A stretch of 64,000 nt of DNA from Octopus vulgaris (taxonomy: Eukaryota), in assembly GCA_951406725.2 (NCBI GenBank), contig OX597814.1, positions 95,480,001 through 95,544,000 of the forward strand, read 5' to 3'. Below, piece by piece: positions 14,401 to 23,839 of the stretch (positions are counted from its first letter, which is position 1; every line of letters begins with the position of its first letter). Position numbers and translations under genes: made by a program. The notes under the pieces were generated by a model. It had not been told where the DNA came from. It saw nothing but the letters and a program-made list of their open reading frames with translations, and did no database searches.

Positions 14401-17400
14401 TGCAGTTGGGTTCATCTTTAGTATTCTCGTTTGTGAAAGCCATGGAATTTATTTCAGATATTCTCATTTTAAAAATCATCTCTGGCTAATCGTTGAGAGG
14501 ATGTTGGTATTGCCTTGGCAGAACTTTGCACTCTGAGTGCTCATTATTATTATCATCAGTATTATTATTACTACTACTACTGCTGCTACTACTACTACTA
14601 CTACTACTATGGTGGTGACATGTCAAAATTGTTAGCATACAAGGCATAATGCTTAGAATTTCTTTTAGCTTTATTTTCAGAGTTCAAATTCCACCGAAGT
14701 CAACATCACCTTTCCTCCTTTGGGAATGGGGTTGATAAAATAAGAACCAGTTGATCACTAGAGTCAATGAAATTGACTAGCCCCTCCCACAAAAATTTCA
14801 GCCCCTGTGCCTATATCAGAAAAGATTATCCTTGTTATTATTATTGTAGTGGAGGAACAATAACTTCACATTTGCATTTCTATAATTCTTAAATGTCTAG
14901 TTCTTCAAAGAAAACAAAGTCTGTAAAATACTAACATTTTTCCTGCTCATTTTTCAGTACATGCAAACCAATGTAGAAGGAATCTATGCTGCTGGAGACA
15001 TCACTGAGTTTCCATTGTTTTTGAGATCTAACGAGGGTTCCAATGTGCAACATTGGCAGATGGCTCATGCACAAGGTAAGTCCCTCTTATCTCTTTTAGC
15101 ACAATGGCATTGTTTAACTGCACAGAGTTGCAGGTGTAGCTATGTGGTTAAGAAGTTTGCTTCCCAACCACAATGTTTCAGGTTCAATCCCATTGTGTGA
15201 CACTTTGGGCAAGTGCCTACTATAACCCCAGGCTAACTAAATCCTTGTCAATGGGATTTGGTAGATGGAAACTTAAAGAAGACTCTGTGTGTATGTGTCT
15301 CTGTATTGGCATTGCATGACAGTCATAGAGTAATTGACATTGTCATACTAACAGTGTCATTCATTTCTAACATTACCTTGCATGAAAATAGATGAAGGTT
15401 GGTGTTAGGAAAGACATTTGACCATAGTAAATCTACTTCAATAAAAAAAATACCCATCCAACCCATGCAAGCATAGAAAAATTAACTAAAATTAAGTTCA
15501 TTTGGTTGATTGTCAGAAAACAATAGAAGTGGGTTGCATTTTTAGACTAATATACTGCCCAGTAATGTTTTGGCTATGTTATTATGTCTGATATATCAAC
15601 CTAATGTTATAAAGGCTAATTATAGAGTACTGGTTCACATAAACTGGTCAATACAAAAACAAGTAATAGTGTCTTTGCTCTGAACTTGTTACACAAGTTC
15701 CCAGGTAAGTCCTTGTTACTTGTGTAACAAGTTCTTCAGTCAATTTTAAAATTGATTAAATTGATCATAAATTCAATCAGTTTATAGTCAATTCAGAATT
15801 GTGCCATCAATAGAAATGACAGAAAGTGAGAAAGAGAGAGATGACAAATTTGTGAAGCAGAGGCTCAAGTATGTTGGTGAGTGACTTTGAAGTTTTTACA
15901 GATGCAGTCTAAGATGCCAGTATGAGTAGGAGCAATATTTCATTGTGGGTTTCACCTGAGCTATGTAAAGGGTTAATAGATGTTGCTGGTGTCTTTTATT
16001 ATAACCACAGGCTGACCCCTGATTTGTGAGTGAAATTCAGTAGATAGAAACTGGAAGAGGGTCATTTTATTTATATATCCTCATCATTTTACATCCACTT
16101 TGCCATGCTGGCATAGGTTGGATGGTTCTGCAGGAACTGCCAAGTCAGAAGACTTCACCATTCCCTGCTGAATGCCCTTGCTAACACCAACCACTTTACA
16201 GAGTGTACCAGGCATTTTTTACATGGCACCAGCAGCAGTAAGGTCAAGTAACTTTCAAGACAAGACTGCTCTCAACTGGAGTTGGGGAGAGTAAGAGAAG
16301 AAAAAGAAGTCTTGCATTAGAGGGGAATCATGCTGCCTCAAGAGAGGAGAGTGATGAAACAGAGAAGATGGTAATGATGGTGAGTGGGCCAGAGATTGGA
16401 GAGAGTGAGTGGATGAGTTCATGAGATTGTGAAAGAGTGGTTGATGGAAGGGAGGCAGGTGGTTGTTAGACAATGCATGGTCTAGTGGTTAGAATGTTGG
16501 GCTCATAATCATAAGGTAGTGAGTTTGGTTCCTGGAATGGCTAATACATTGTGTCCTTGAGCAAGACACTCATTTCACATTGCTTCAGTTTACTCAGCTG
16601 GAAATAAGTACCACCCGACTATCGGTACAGCTGTAACTCCTTCCATCTGCCACACCCTCAATGTTCTACTGAGTGAAGAGTGAGTCAAGGTGAAACGGTA
16701 TCTATATCTACTCACATAAACACCTATAGCAATTAGTGAAAGGCTGCCAGGTCATACTTACTTGCAGTTGAAGGCTACACTTTATATCTGTATGTATTCC
16801 CCTTCTCTTGACATATGTACACTGATTGTAAACGAAAATCATTGTGCATGCGTTATCAGTTGTTTACAATCCCCCACAAAAGCATGTTCTAGCTGTTATT
16901 ACTTAAAAGACTGAATATCACCATATTTGGAAACTGGTGTGGTTTGCTGATAGGAATAACATCTGACTTTGGAAAAATCTACCTCAATACAGTTTCACCT
17001 AACACAAAAACAGAAAAATTAAGACAACAATATTGTATAAAAGGATAGTTTCACTTACCTATTTAGCTATCTCTGACAGGTCAGAAGTGAAATACATTCT
17101 GTTAGGATTAGCTAGTATGTGTTCTATATTTTATACTATATCTGATATTCTAAATCTATCATATTCTGCTTCAAGTTAAATATTTCTTTGAAATTTTTGT
17201 AGGAAAGAATGCAGCACTTAATATGCTGGGAAAGAATACCAAAATCAGAAGTGTGCCCTGTTTTTGGACAATGATGTTTGGTAAAAGTATCCGCTATGCA
17301 GGTTTGTGTTTTGGAGTTATTGAAAATTTCTGTCTAATATGAATGCAACATCTCTGTTTAATATCATCAAATCTACTTTAAATGTGAAGTGAAAGGAAAA

Positions 17401-20400
17401 TTACAGTGCGTGTATGTTAAATTGGGAATATTTTAAAGCAAGTTTAAGACCAACAGAACATTTACTCACAAGGACACTCAATTTTGGGAATAGAGTGAAA
17501 TTTACTGTAAAATTCATGTTGACTGAGCCTGATAAACTTATTCATCATCATCGTTTAATGTCCACTTACCATACTGATATGGATTGAACAGTTTGACTAA
17601 GACCCGGCAAGCCAAGAGGCTGCAACAGGCTCCAATCTGATTTGGCAAGGTTTCTACAGCTGGATGCCCTGCCTAATGCCAACAACTCCGAGAGTTTAGT
17701 GGGTGCTTTTACATTCCACCAACACAGGTGCCAGTCAGATGGCGCTGGCATTGGTCACACTCAAATGATGCATTTTACATGCCACCAGCACAGGTGCCAG
17801 TCACACAGCACTGGCATCAGCCATGACTATTTCACTTGGTTCAAAAGATCTTCACAAGCACAGCACATTGTCCAGCAGTTGAAGTGTGCTTTTAAACAGG
17901 CTAGTTATGCAACACTGGCATTGGCCATGACTATGATCTCATTTGGCTTACCAGGTCTTCTCAAGCATGGCATATCTCCAAAGGTCTCGGTCGCTTGTCA
18001 TTGCCTCTGTGAGGCCCAACGTTCAATGGTCGTGCTTCACTACCTCATCCCATGCCTTCTTGGGTCTACCTCTTCCACAGGTTCCCGCCACTGTTAGGGT
18101 GTGACACTTCTTCACACAGCTGTCCTCATCCATATCCATTACATGACCAAACCAGCACAGTTGCCCCTCTTGCACACCACATCTGATGCTTCTTATGTCT
18201 AACTTTGCTTTCAGGGTGCTTACACTCTGCCGTGTATGGACACTGGCATTACACATCCAGCAGATCATACTAGCTTCATTCCTATACATTTATTTGGTTT
18301 GATTAGCAAGTTCTCTCATTCCTGATATGAATTGTCTCATTTCCAAATAGTGCACCAATCTTCTCCTAATCCTTCTTAATTCTCTGAAACTCTTATCAGC
18401 CTTCAAAAAATTCAATGTATCAACTACACTGACTTCATCAAGCTAAATAAACAGCTACCTTCCTTGGACTAAATAGAAAAAGTTAGACAATACTCTTTGA
18501 AAGAAACAAATCAATTGACTCAGGAAGACATTGTCTCTCATTAAATGAAAATTCTACATTATCTCCGTAACTTTCTTTTCTTTTTTGTTTGTTTTACAAT
18601 AAATTCAATGAATATTAGGTTGCTCAAATTACATCTAAACTTATTTTATTCTGCAGGTTATGGAAAGGATTATAATGATATTGTTGTCCATGGAGATGAT
18701 GAGAAAATAGCTTGCTTCTACACAAAGTGAGTTGGATGATTATTCTAATAACCTTGCCTCAAATTTCTTTTTTCTTAAATACCTAATATTATTGCATTAT
18801 GTATATATATTTTGTTGTTTCACATCAATTTTTCTGTGCTAGCATATAAGGTTAGATTTTTGTTTGACCAATTGACCTCAAATTGTATCAGGTCATCCCA
18901 TAAGTTCTGTCCGAACTTTGAATAAAGAAAACAAGTGATCAAATGTTACTTCCATGTTAGAAAGGATTTTAATCAAAGAAACTTTAATTCTGTTAATCTG
19001 TAAAATAATATTTAATTAGTTTCAGTGTACACAAATGCATAAAAATAAATTTTGAATTCCATTAGACATTCTAAAATACGATTAAATTTCATTCAATTTA
19101 AAAAAAAGGTAACATCGGACAGAACTTATGCTGTGAAGTAAGAGCAGAGTAGGAAAACCAAAGGAAGCAGTTGTAAGCTTTGCATTACATAATAGCTATA
19201 GTAAAATTTGAGCAGATGATCAGTCGGTAGTCTGTAACTTAATCTCACAGACATATCTTAAATATTGAAATTTTTGCAACTTATTTTGTTGTTTGGGTGC
19301 TTTGTTAATTGAAGAGTTTTTAAAGAAATATTTCATTCATGTTCTCACTCAACCTCCTTCAAAGTAATTGTTCTGCTTTCATTTGTAGGGGAGAAGAGAT
19401 TTTGGCAGTTGCAAGTTTGAATCATGATCCAATTGTAGCAAAAGTAGCTGAGATTATGGCTGAAGGCAAAATGTTAACCAAAAATGAAGTTGTGTAAGTA
19501 TTTTTACTATGTATGACTTGGAATCTTTTGATTTTTAACATGTAGCACAAATGTGTAGGACATTTTAACCATATTATCCAAGACAATTTTGTGGGATGAC
19601 GTCAGCAGCTGGGTGCGTTGACCGGAAGCTGGGGCAACCGGAAGGGGTCAGGCGTGCGCAGAGAGTGGTCAATTGGGTCTTTTCCAACGTGGGTCATGCA
19701 GGTGACAAGACGTGTAAGGACGTCACTAAGGGTTTGGGCTAGCAGCTGCTATCGTTAGTGTTCGGGTCGGGGCTGTGTGGAAGGACTAGTCACTACTGGA
19801 GGGTCTCCGTCACTAAGAAGAGAAGGTAGGTGCCTTTATATTCAAATCGCACACACTCTACAATTTTGTGAAGAAACTCCAATCAACTCCAGTATCATTC
19901 TCATTAGTGTTATCAATATCATTATTTTAGTCTAATTTTCCTAACTTGAATGAGTGGGACAGTTTGAGGCAGATTTGCAACACCCGGATGCCTTTCCTGT
20001 TTCCATGCAAGGTAATATTTCCTCATGGCAAGACGGTTTTGCAGAATATGTCTCGTGAAGTCACATAGCTCAATGGTAGTGTTGGACGCATGATTATTAA
20101 TAAAGTCTCTGATTTGATTCCCAAACTGGATGGCATGTTATGTCCTTGAGCAAAGCACTTCATTTCACATTATTCTAGTTTACTCAGCTGAGTCCCGATA
20201 CAACCTTTGCCTCTCCAACTGTCACATCCTAGACATTGCACTGGGTCAAATTGTAGTATACCTCAGGAAGCCTTAGCAAAAAAATTTGTGAATTTATTTT
20301 CTGTTGCAAACAGTGTACTGTTTCCTTTTATGAACTATTTTGCCCTACTTCTTAGTCTTAACTGCCTAGCTAGGGAAATGGTGTCATAAGGCCTTTGTTA

Positions 20401-20988
20401 GTCACTCTCCAGCTATTTATTTAAAGCTGTATATGGCTATGGTACATCCACACATAAGAGTTTGTATTACCAGTCTAAAACCCCTGTCTTGCCCAGCATA
20501 TCAATCTCCTGGAAATGTGCAACCAGATGAATATCCACCATCAGGCATCAACCATACTCTGAACATCTTGCTTCCCTAAGCATGAACGCATTAACCCTTT
20601 AGAATATGATTCGGCCATATCCAGCCAAAATATTCTACCTGCTTCATGTTAAAAATGACCAGATCCAACATCTTGCTTTGTTCCTTACCACCACTTGGCA
20701 ACTGGTGTTGGTTTCTTTACAGACTCATAACTGAGCAGTTCAGCAAAAGGTTCAATCGAATAAGCATCAGGCTTTAAAACAAGCACTGGGGTGGTGTTTT
20801 ATTTATTTTTTAATAACCCAATGACTGAAACAAGTAAAAGATAAATGATCAAACCTATATTGTTCTCTTAGTTGTGTAATGTCAATTGATATGTTGTTTG
20901 ATGACTTATTCACATAACAAAACAATAATGCTTGTCTTTTTAACATTTTATCCCCAGGAACAAGTCAAACAAGTGGTTGTTTAACTGA
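964..20988 (+). CDS. AIFM3: AIFM3-like (apoptosis-inducing factor 3; Rieske 2Fe-2S + FAD/NAD oxidoreductase), 5'-partial, 14 exons in window
   Basis: Joined exons 964-1073, 2949-3075, 3964-4076, 4430-4516, 5234-5325, 7142-7272, 8282-8397, 10805-10940, 13080-13156, 14958-15075, 17203-17301, 18657-18726, 19389-19493, 20958-20988 are all AG/GT bounded and phase-consistent, giving about 469 aa plus TGA. Motifs: Rieske RCPFHGACF, VGGGPAS, PYDRPKLSK, LLATGG, IIGSSFIGME, IYAAGD, HWQMA, VPCFWT. Confidence 0.93.
1217..1500 (+). mobile_element. SINE family 3 (tRNA-like head)
   Basis: TGGTTTAGTGGTTAG...GGTTTCGATTCC...TTCTTGAG..CATTTCAC; copies at about 16480, 20065, 40270(-), 53200(-) and 53770(-). Confidence 0.7.
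1930..2550 (-). mobile_element. Degenerate Penelope-like 3' fragment (GIY-YIG)
   Basis: ORF 2038-2487: VVCEVVCGKCGASYIGSMKRKLHIRIKEH; the C-terminus appears frameshifted. Confidence 0.75.
2949..3075 (+). CDS. AIFM3: AIFM3 exon
   Basis: cag|VTVENDIVKLTVPQDKLKEFRRVKPMVKYSSATNKVNLLVGG(G)|gtcagt. Confidence 0.9.
3964..4076 (+). CDS. AIFM3: AIFM3 exon (FAD-binding)
   Basis: aag|(G)PASLICAETLRQEGFTGKIILASKEECIPYDRPKLSK|gtgagt. Confidence 0.93.
4284..4372. repeat. (CT)n/(CA)n microsatellite; others at 5372 (GT), 14560 (TAC), 31748 (TA/GA), 38890 (TGCA) and 60118 (TA)
   Basis: Read directly. Confidence 0.9.
4430..4516 (+). CDS. AIFM3: AIFM3 exon
   Basis: cag|TMSASADSLALRSKDFLKEHDIEFLGEKQ|gtatgt. 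Confidence 0.9.
4619..4834. mobile_element. piggyBac-type MITE (about 210 bp)
   Basis: TTAA-CCCTTTA...TAAAGGG-TTAA. Homologous copies at 26240-26434, 28377-28604, 35896-36110(-), 40721-40941, 42779-42978, 48916-49128 and 58007-58190. Confidence 0.8.
5234..5325 (+). CDS. AIFM3: AIFM3 exon
   Basis: cag|LVNIDSEKKKAIFKDGTEISYTNLLLATGG(I)|gtaagt. Confidence 0.9.
5930..6900 (-). mobile_element. Possible highly decayed Penelope-like RT remnant
   Basis: Fragmentary minus-strand peptides QFIKTKGSSL..AFYL...TYLVDIL resemble eroded RT motifs B/C; many stops. Confidence 0.3.
7142..7272 (+). CDS. AIFM3: AIFM3 exon (NAD-binding)
   Basis: cag|PRSLEIPGNDLQNVCFLRTPSEANYIATESKGKNAVIIGSSFI(G)|gtaaac. Confidence 0.92.
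8282..8397 (+). CDS. AIFM3: AIFM3 exon
   Basis: tag|(G)MEVAAAILEKAKSVTVISNANLPFKTVLGSHLAEKILQ|gtatgt. Confidence 0.92.
10805..10940 (+). CDS. AIFM3: AIFM3 exon
   Basis: cag|LHIDKGVKFQFNTSPTELKGNNGKLTSVVLANGEELPADVCVVGI(G)|gtaact. Confidence 0.92.
11781..12828. repeat. Long inverted repeat (arms 11781-12170 and 12469-12828)
   Basis: Arms are reverse complements with scattered mismatches and indels; a 12-bp-stem hairpin at 12171-12203 starts the spacer. Confidence 0.9.
13080..13156 (+). CDS. AIFM3: AIFM3 exon
   Basis: aag|(G)VTPATAYLEGSPLQKNSYGFVCVNE|gtaagt. Confidence 0.9.
13450..14830 (+). mobile_element. Four head-to-tail SINE family-2 copies separated by triplet microsatellites
   Basis: GGCAGAATCATTAGC...GAGTTCAAAT...CTTTCATCCTTT repeated at about 13450, 13745, 13968 and 14610; other copies at 2560, 39388, 41020 and 47375(-). 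Confidence 0.75.
14183..14545 (+). mobile_element. Helentron/DINE-1-like non-autonomous element
   Basis: 5' CCTCCACCT..AGGCAGAGG inverted motif, (GTTT)n, 3' CCTTGGCAGA plus hairpin GCACTCTGAGTGC; TT/TTA context. Confidence 0.6.
14958..15075 (+). CDS. AIFM3: AIFM3 exon
   Basis: cag|YMQTNVEGIYAAGDITEFPLFLRSNEGSNVQHWQMAHAQ(G)|gtaagt. Confidence 0.93.
17203..17301 (+). CDS. AIFM3: AIFM3 exon
   Basis: tag|(G)KNAALNMLGKNTKIRSVPCFWTMMFGKSIRYA(G)|gtttgt. Confidence 0.92.
17542..18285 (-). mobile_element. RTE-clade LINE 3' fragment with (GAT)n tail
   Basis: LCWFGHVM...GTCGRGRPKKAW; 3' end ...TAAACGATGATGATG. Confidence 0.85.
18657..18726 (+). CDS. AIFM3: AIFM3 exon
   Basis: cag|(G)YGKDYNDIVVHGDDEKIACFYT(K)|gtgagt. 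Confidence 0.9.
18888..19130. mobile_element. Tc1/mariner-like MITE remnant
   Basis: Inverted repeat CATAAGTTCTGTCCGA / TCGGACAGAACTTATG; TA at the left end; right tip eroded. Confidence 0.6.
19389..19493 (+). CDS. AIFM3: AIFM3 exon
   Basis: tag|GEEILAVASLNHDPIVAKVAEIMAEGKMLTKNEV(V)|gtaagt. Confidence 0.9.
19590..19862. mobile_element. Solo LTR-like insert (273 bp, GC/CpG-rich)
   Basis: TGT...ACA ends, ATTT duplicated on both sides, sharp GC contrast with the host intron. Confidence 0.65.
20958..20988 (+). CDS. AIFM3: AIFM3 terminal coding exon
   Basis: ccccag|(V)NKSNKWLFN-TGA; phase matches the previous exon. Confidence 0.75.
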
Positions 20989-21534
20989 ATCAGTGATGTG
21001 TGCCATGCAAAGAAGAATCTACATTATGATGCAATAGTGTTAGAAAAGTAGAACCAAAAATATTCCTGAAAGAATTTCAATTGACCAAAATATCTATTTT
21101 TGTCTTTCCGAATATTTTACTTAAAGTATAAAATTACAACTTTTTTGCTTGTTGGTCACGTGTATGCTCCTTCACTTTGGATATCTGAATCAATCCATCC
21201 ATTTCTATTTAGTAGCATCCCACCTTTCACTCATCATCTAGCCATTCTTGTTACTGCTCTCTCAGCAGCAACATCAGTTTCTTCCATTCACCCTTTGTTG
21301 GCATTAGGAGCAGGATCTATCCTTTCTATTTTCTCTCTCAGCTCAGCTTATGTGCAGTTGTCATCCTCTCCATTTCCCTTCCTTGCAAATGGTGCCCTTC
21401 ACACTCTACCATCTTTTTCAATATCTCTACACACAAAAACATCCCATTATATTTTATATAATTGTTCCAATTTCTGCAAAATTATATATTGTTTCAGCGA
21501 TACTAAAATTTCTATAAAGTTATATTCTTTATTT

Positions 21535-21540
21535 AATAAA
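21535..21540 (+). terminator. Candidate AIFM3 polyadenylation signal AATAAA
   Basis: AATAAA about 550 nt after the stop, followed by a T-rich tract at about 21556-21583. Confidence 0.5.
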
Positions 21541-23141
21541 ATGCCATCCTCTGGATTTTTCTTTTTGTTTTTGTTATTATTGTATGACCAAGACCTTCGG
21601 CAATATACCATGCTTGAGGAGACTCGTCGTCAAGCCAAGTGAAATCGTAGTCATGGCTGTTGCTGGTGTCATGTAAATGGCACCTGTGAAATTGTAATCA
21701 CGGCCATTGCCAGTAGCATGATCTTCGAATGTTGGGTCTCATGGAGGCGAAGGCAGGTGAAACCACAGACAGGCCCATTGCCAGTATCATGTAAATGGCA
21801 CCCATGAAATCGTTGGATCAAATAATGAAAGTTACAGAGAGGGTCTTAGCCCAACTAATTAGAGAGAGATTTAGTCTAGATGAGATGTAGTTTGGTTTTG
21901 TGTCAGAAGCACCACTGGTGTAACTGGCACATAAACAGTACCTTTCAAGCTTTGGGCCTCACGGAGGTAACAACCAAGACCTTTGGCATTATGTTGTACT
22001 TGAGAAGACCCATCAAGCTGAGGAAAATTGCAGTCGTGGCAGATACTGGTGTCACAAGAATGGCACATAGAAGCACCTATTACACTCTGGGAGTGGTTGG
22101 CATTAGGAAGGACATCTAGTAGAAAACCATGCTACCTTCCAGCCCCGGTCCAACTGCCCAACCCATGCCAGTCATGGACAATGGACGTTAAATGATAGGC
22201 TTACATATCACACAAACAGAACCCATATGCACAGCCTCCAAAATCATAGATTTGAAACCTAAGTTTTTCAGAAATATGTTTTTTACTGAGCTTGAAAAAG
22301 CCACTTCAAGTTAAGTAAAAGCATGGTTGTCCTTGCACACAGGCTCATCCATTGCAACCCTCTCCAGTTGAGCATCCCTAATTTCGCAGGCTTGTAGGTT
22401 CTGGTGCCACATAAAAAGCACCCAGTACACTCTGTAAAGTGATTTGGCATTAGGAAGGGCATCCAGCCAGAGAACCCATGCCAAAACTGAAGCCAGAACA
22501 GCCCTTCAGCTGGTCAGCTCCTGTCAACCTGTCCAACCCATGCCAGCATGGAAAACGGACATAAATATTTGCACTTGATACAGTCATAAACAAACTTTGC
22601 TTTTCTTGCCATATTTAGCTAAAAAAAACTTGTGAGGAGCAGGGAAGCCATCATTTCAATCAATGAGTTGAGAATAATAATATGTAGTTCTGTTGGTCTA
22701 TATTCTGTAGTTGTATGTGAAGGTACATGGCTTATGTAATTCAGCTTACAATCACAATACAGCCTTGTCACATTCCGCGTTGTGCTGAATCTCCTGAGAA
22801 CCACATAAAGGGTAGACGTGTCCTAGGGGTACTCAACAAGTTGCATGTTAATTTCACAAGCAGGCTGTTCCATTGATCAGATCAACTAGAAACCTCGTCA
22901 TAACTGACAGCACGTTAGTTATTCTGTGATTTCTAAACAAGGTATATACAGACATTTGATCTGGGAGGTTTAAGGGACTGAAATACTAATTAACTAATGA
23001 ATTCAAATCTTGCTTATACACCTAGACAAAGCATACATCTCCACTTTACCTCAGAGCACTTTGGTAATAAATTGTTATACTTCACAAATGGAAAGTTGGC
23101 AAAAGAAATCACCATAATCTGTAAAACTTTGTTGCCTGAAA

Positions 23142-23441
23142 TCATCATCATCGTTTAACGTCCGTTCTCCATGCTAGCATGGGTTGGACGGTTCGACCGG
23201 GGATCTGGGAAGCCAGAAGGTTGCACCAAGCTCCAGTCTGATCTGGCAGTGTTTCTACAGCTGGATGCCCTTCCTAACGCCAACCACTCCGTGAGTGTAG
23301 TGGGTGCTTTTTACGTGCCACCAGCACAGGAGCCAGGCGAGGCTGGCAACGGCCACGATCGCATTGGTGCTTTTTACGTGACACCGGCACGGAAGCCAGT
23401 CAAGGTGGCGCTGACATCGGCCACGTTCGGATGGTGCTTTT
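23142..23441 (-). mobile_element. Young RTE-tail element (CpG retained)
   Basis: CATCATCATCGTTTAACGTCCG...GGATGCCCTTCCTAACGCCAACCAC. Related copies lie at about 16080, 21590-22200, 22395-22565, 25870, 31415, 35510, 50055 and 63610. Confidence 0.8.
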
Positions 23442-23835
23442 TGAAGCAGAACAACAATCCATCAATACTATAAACAGAACAGATTTGAATAGAAAATGGA
23501 AGGAAGGGCATATTACAAACTTAGAATTACTAGTTACAACCACTAAGTTAATTTTCGAAAACTAAAAAAAAAGAAATATATTCAAGCAAGTTTAGAATAA
23601 CAGAATGAGGAAAACAACAAAATGTTAATTTGAAAATATAACTTTTCTCAGATTTCTTTATTTTTCACAATTTAAATATTGGCAGATGTAAAATGAATAT
23701 ACTTGCTTTCAAAAATTTACAAAATCTTTCAAAATTACGTAGTCAAAATTAAATGTTTAATAGCTGGTCATGACTTGTAATTGAGCTTTTCGAGATCAAC
23801 AATTAGGATTTATCATGATTTAGAAGGCACACATT

Positions 23836-23839
23836 TTAC
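23836..23839 (-). CDS. TTLL4: TTLL4 candidate terminal exon start (G + TAA), then 3'UTR
   Basis: Strong acceptor tttgttttctccctag|G TAA completes the Arg codon and then stops; AATAAA on - strand at 23657-23662. Confidence 0.55.

Noticed and set aside
17642-18097. 151-aa ORF, and similar ORFs at 23171, 32246, 32391, 49821, 51716 and 55617
   Set aside because: All lie within RTE-tail or SINE copies and share the same repeat-derived pseudo-peptides.
21100-21642. 180-aa hydrophobic ORF after the AIFM3 stop
   Set aside because: Non-ATG start, lies in a CT-rich 3'UTR, crosses the AATAAA and runs into a repeat; the hydrophobicity follows from T-richness.
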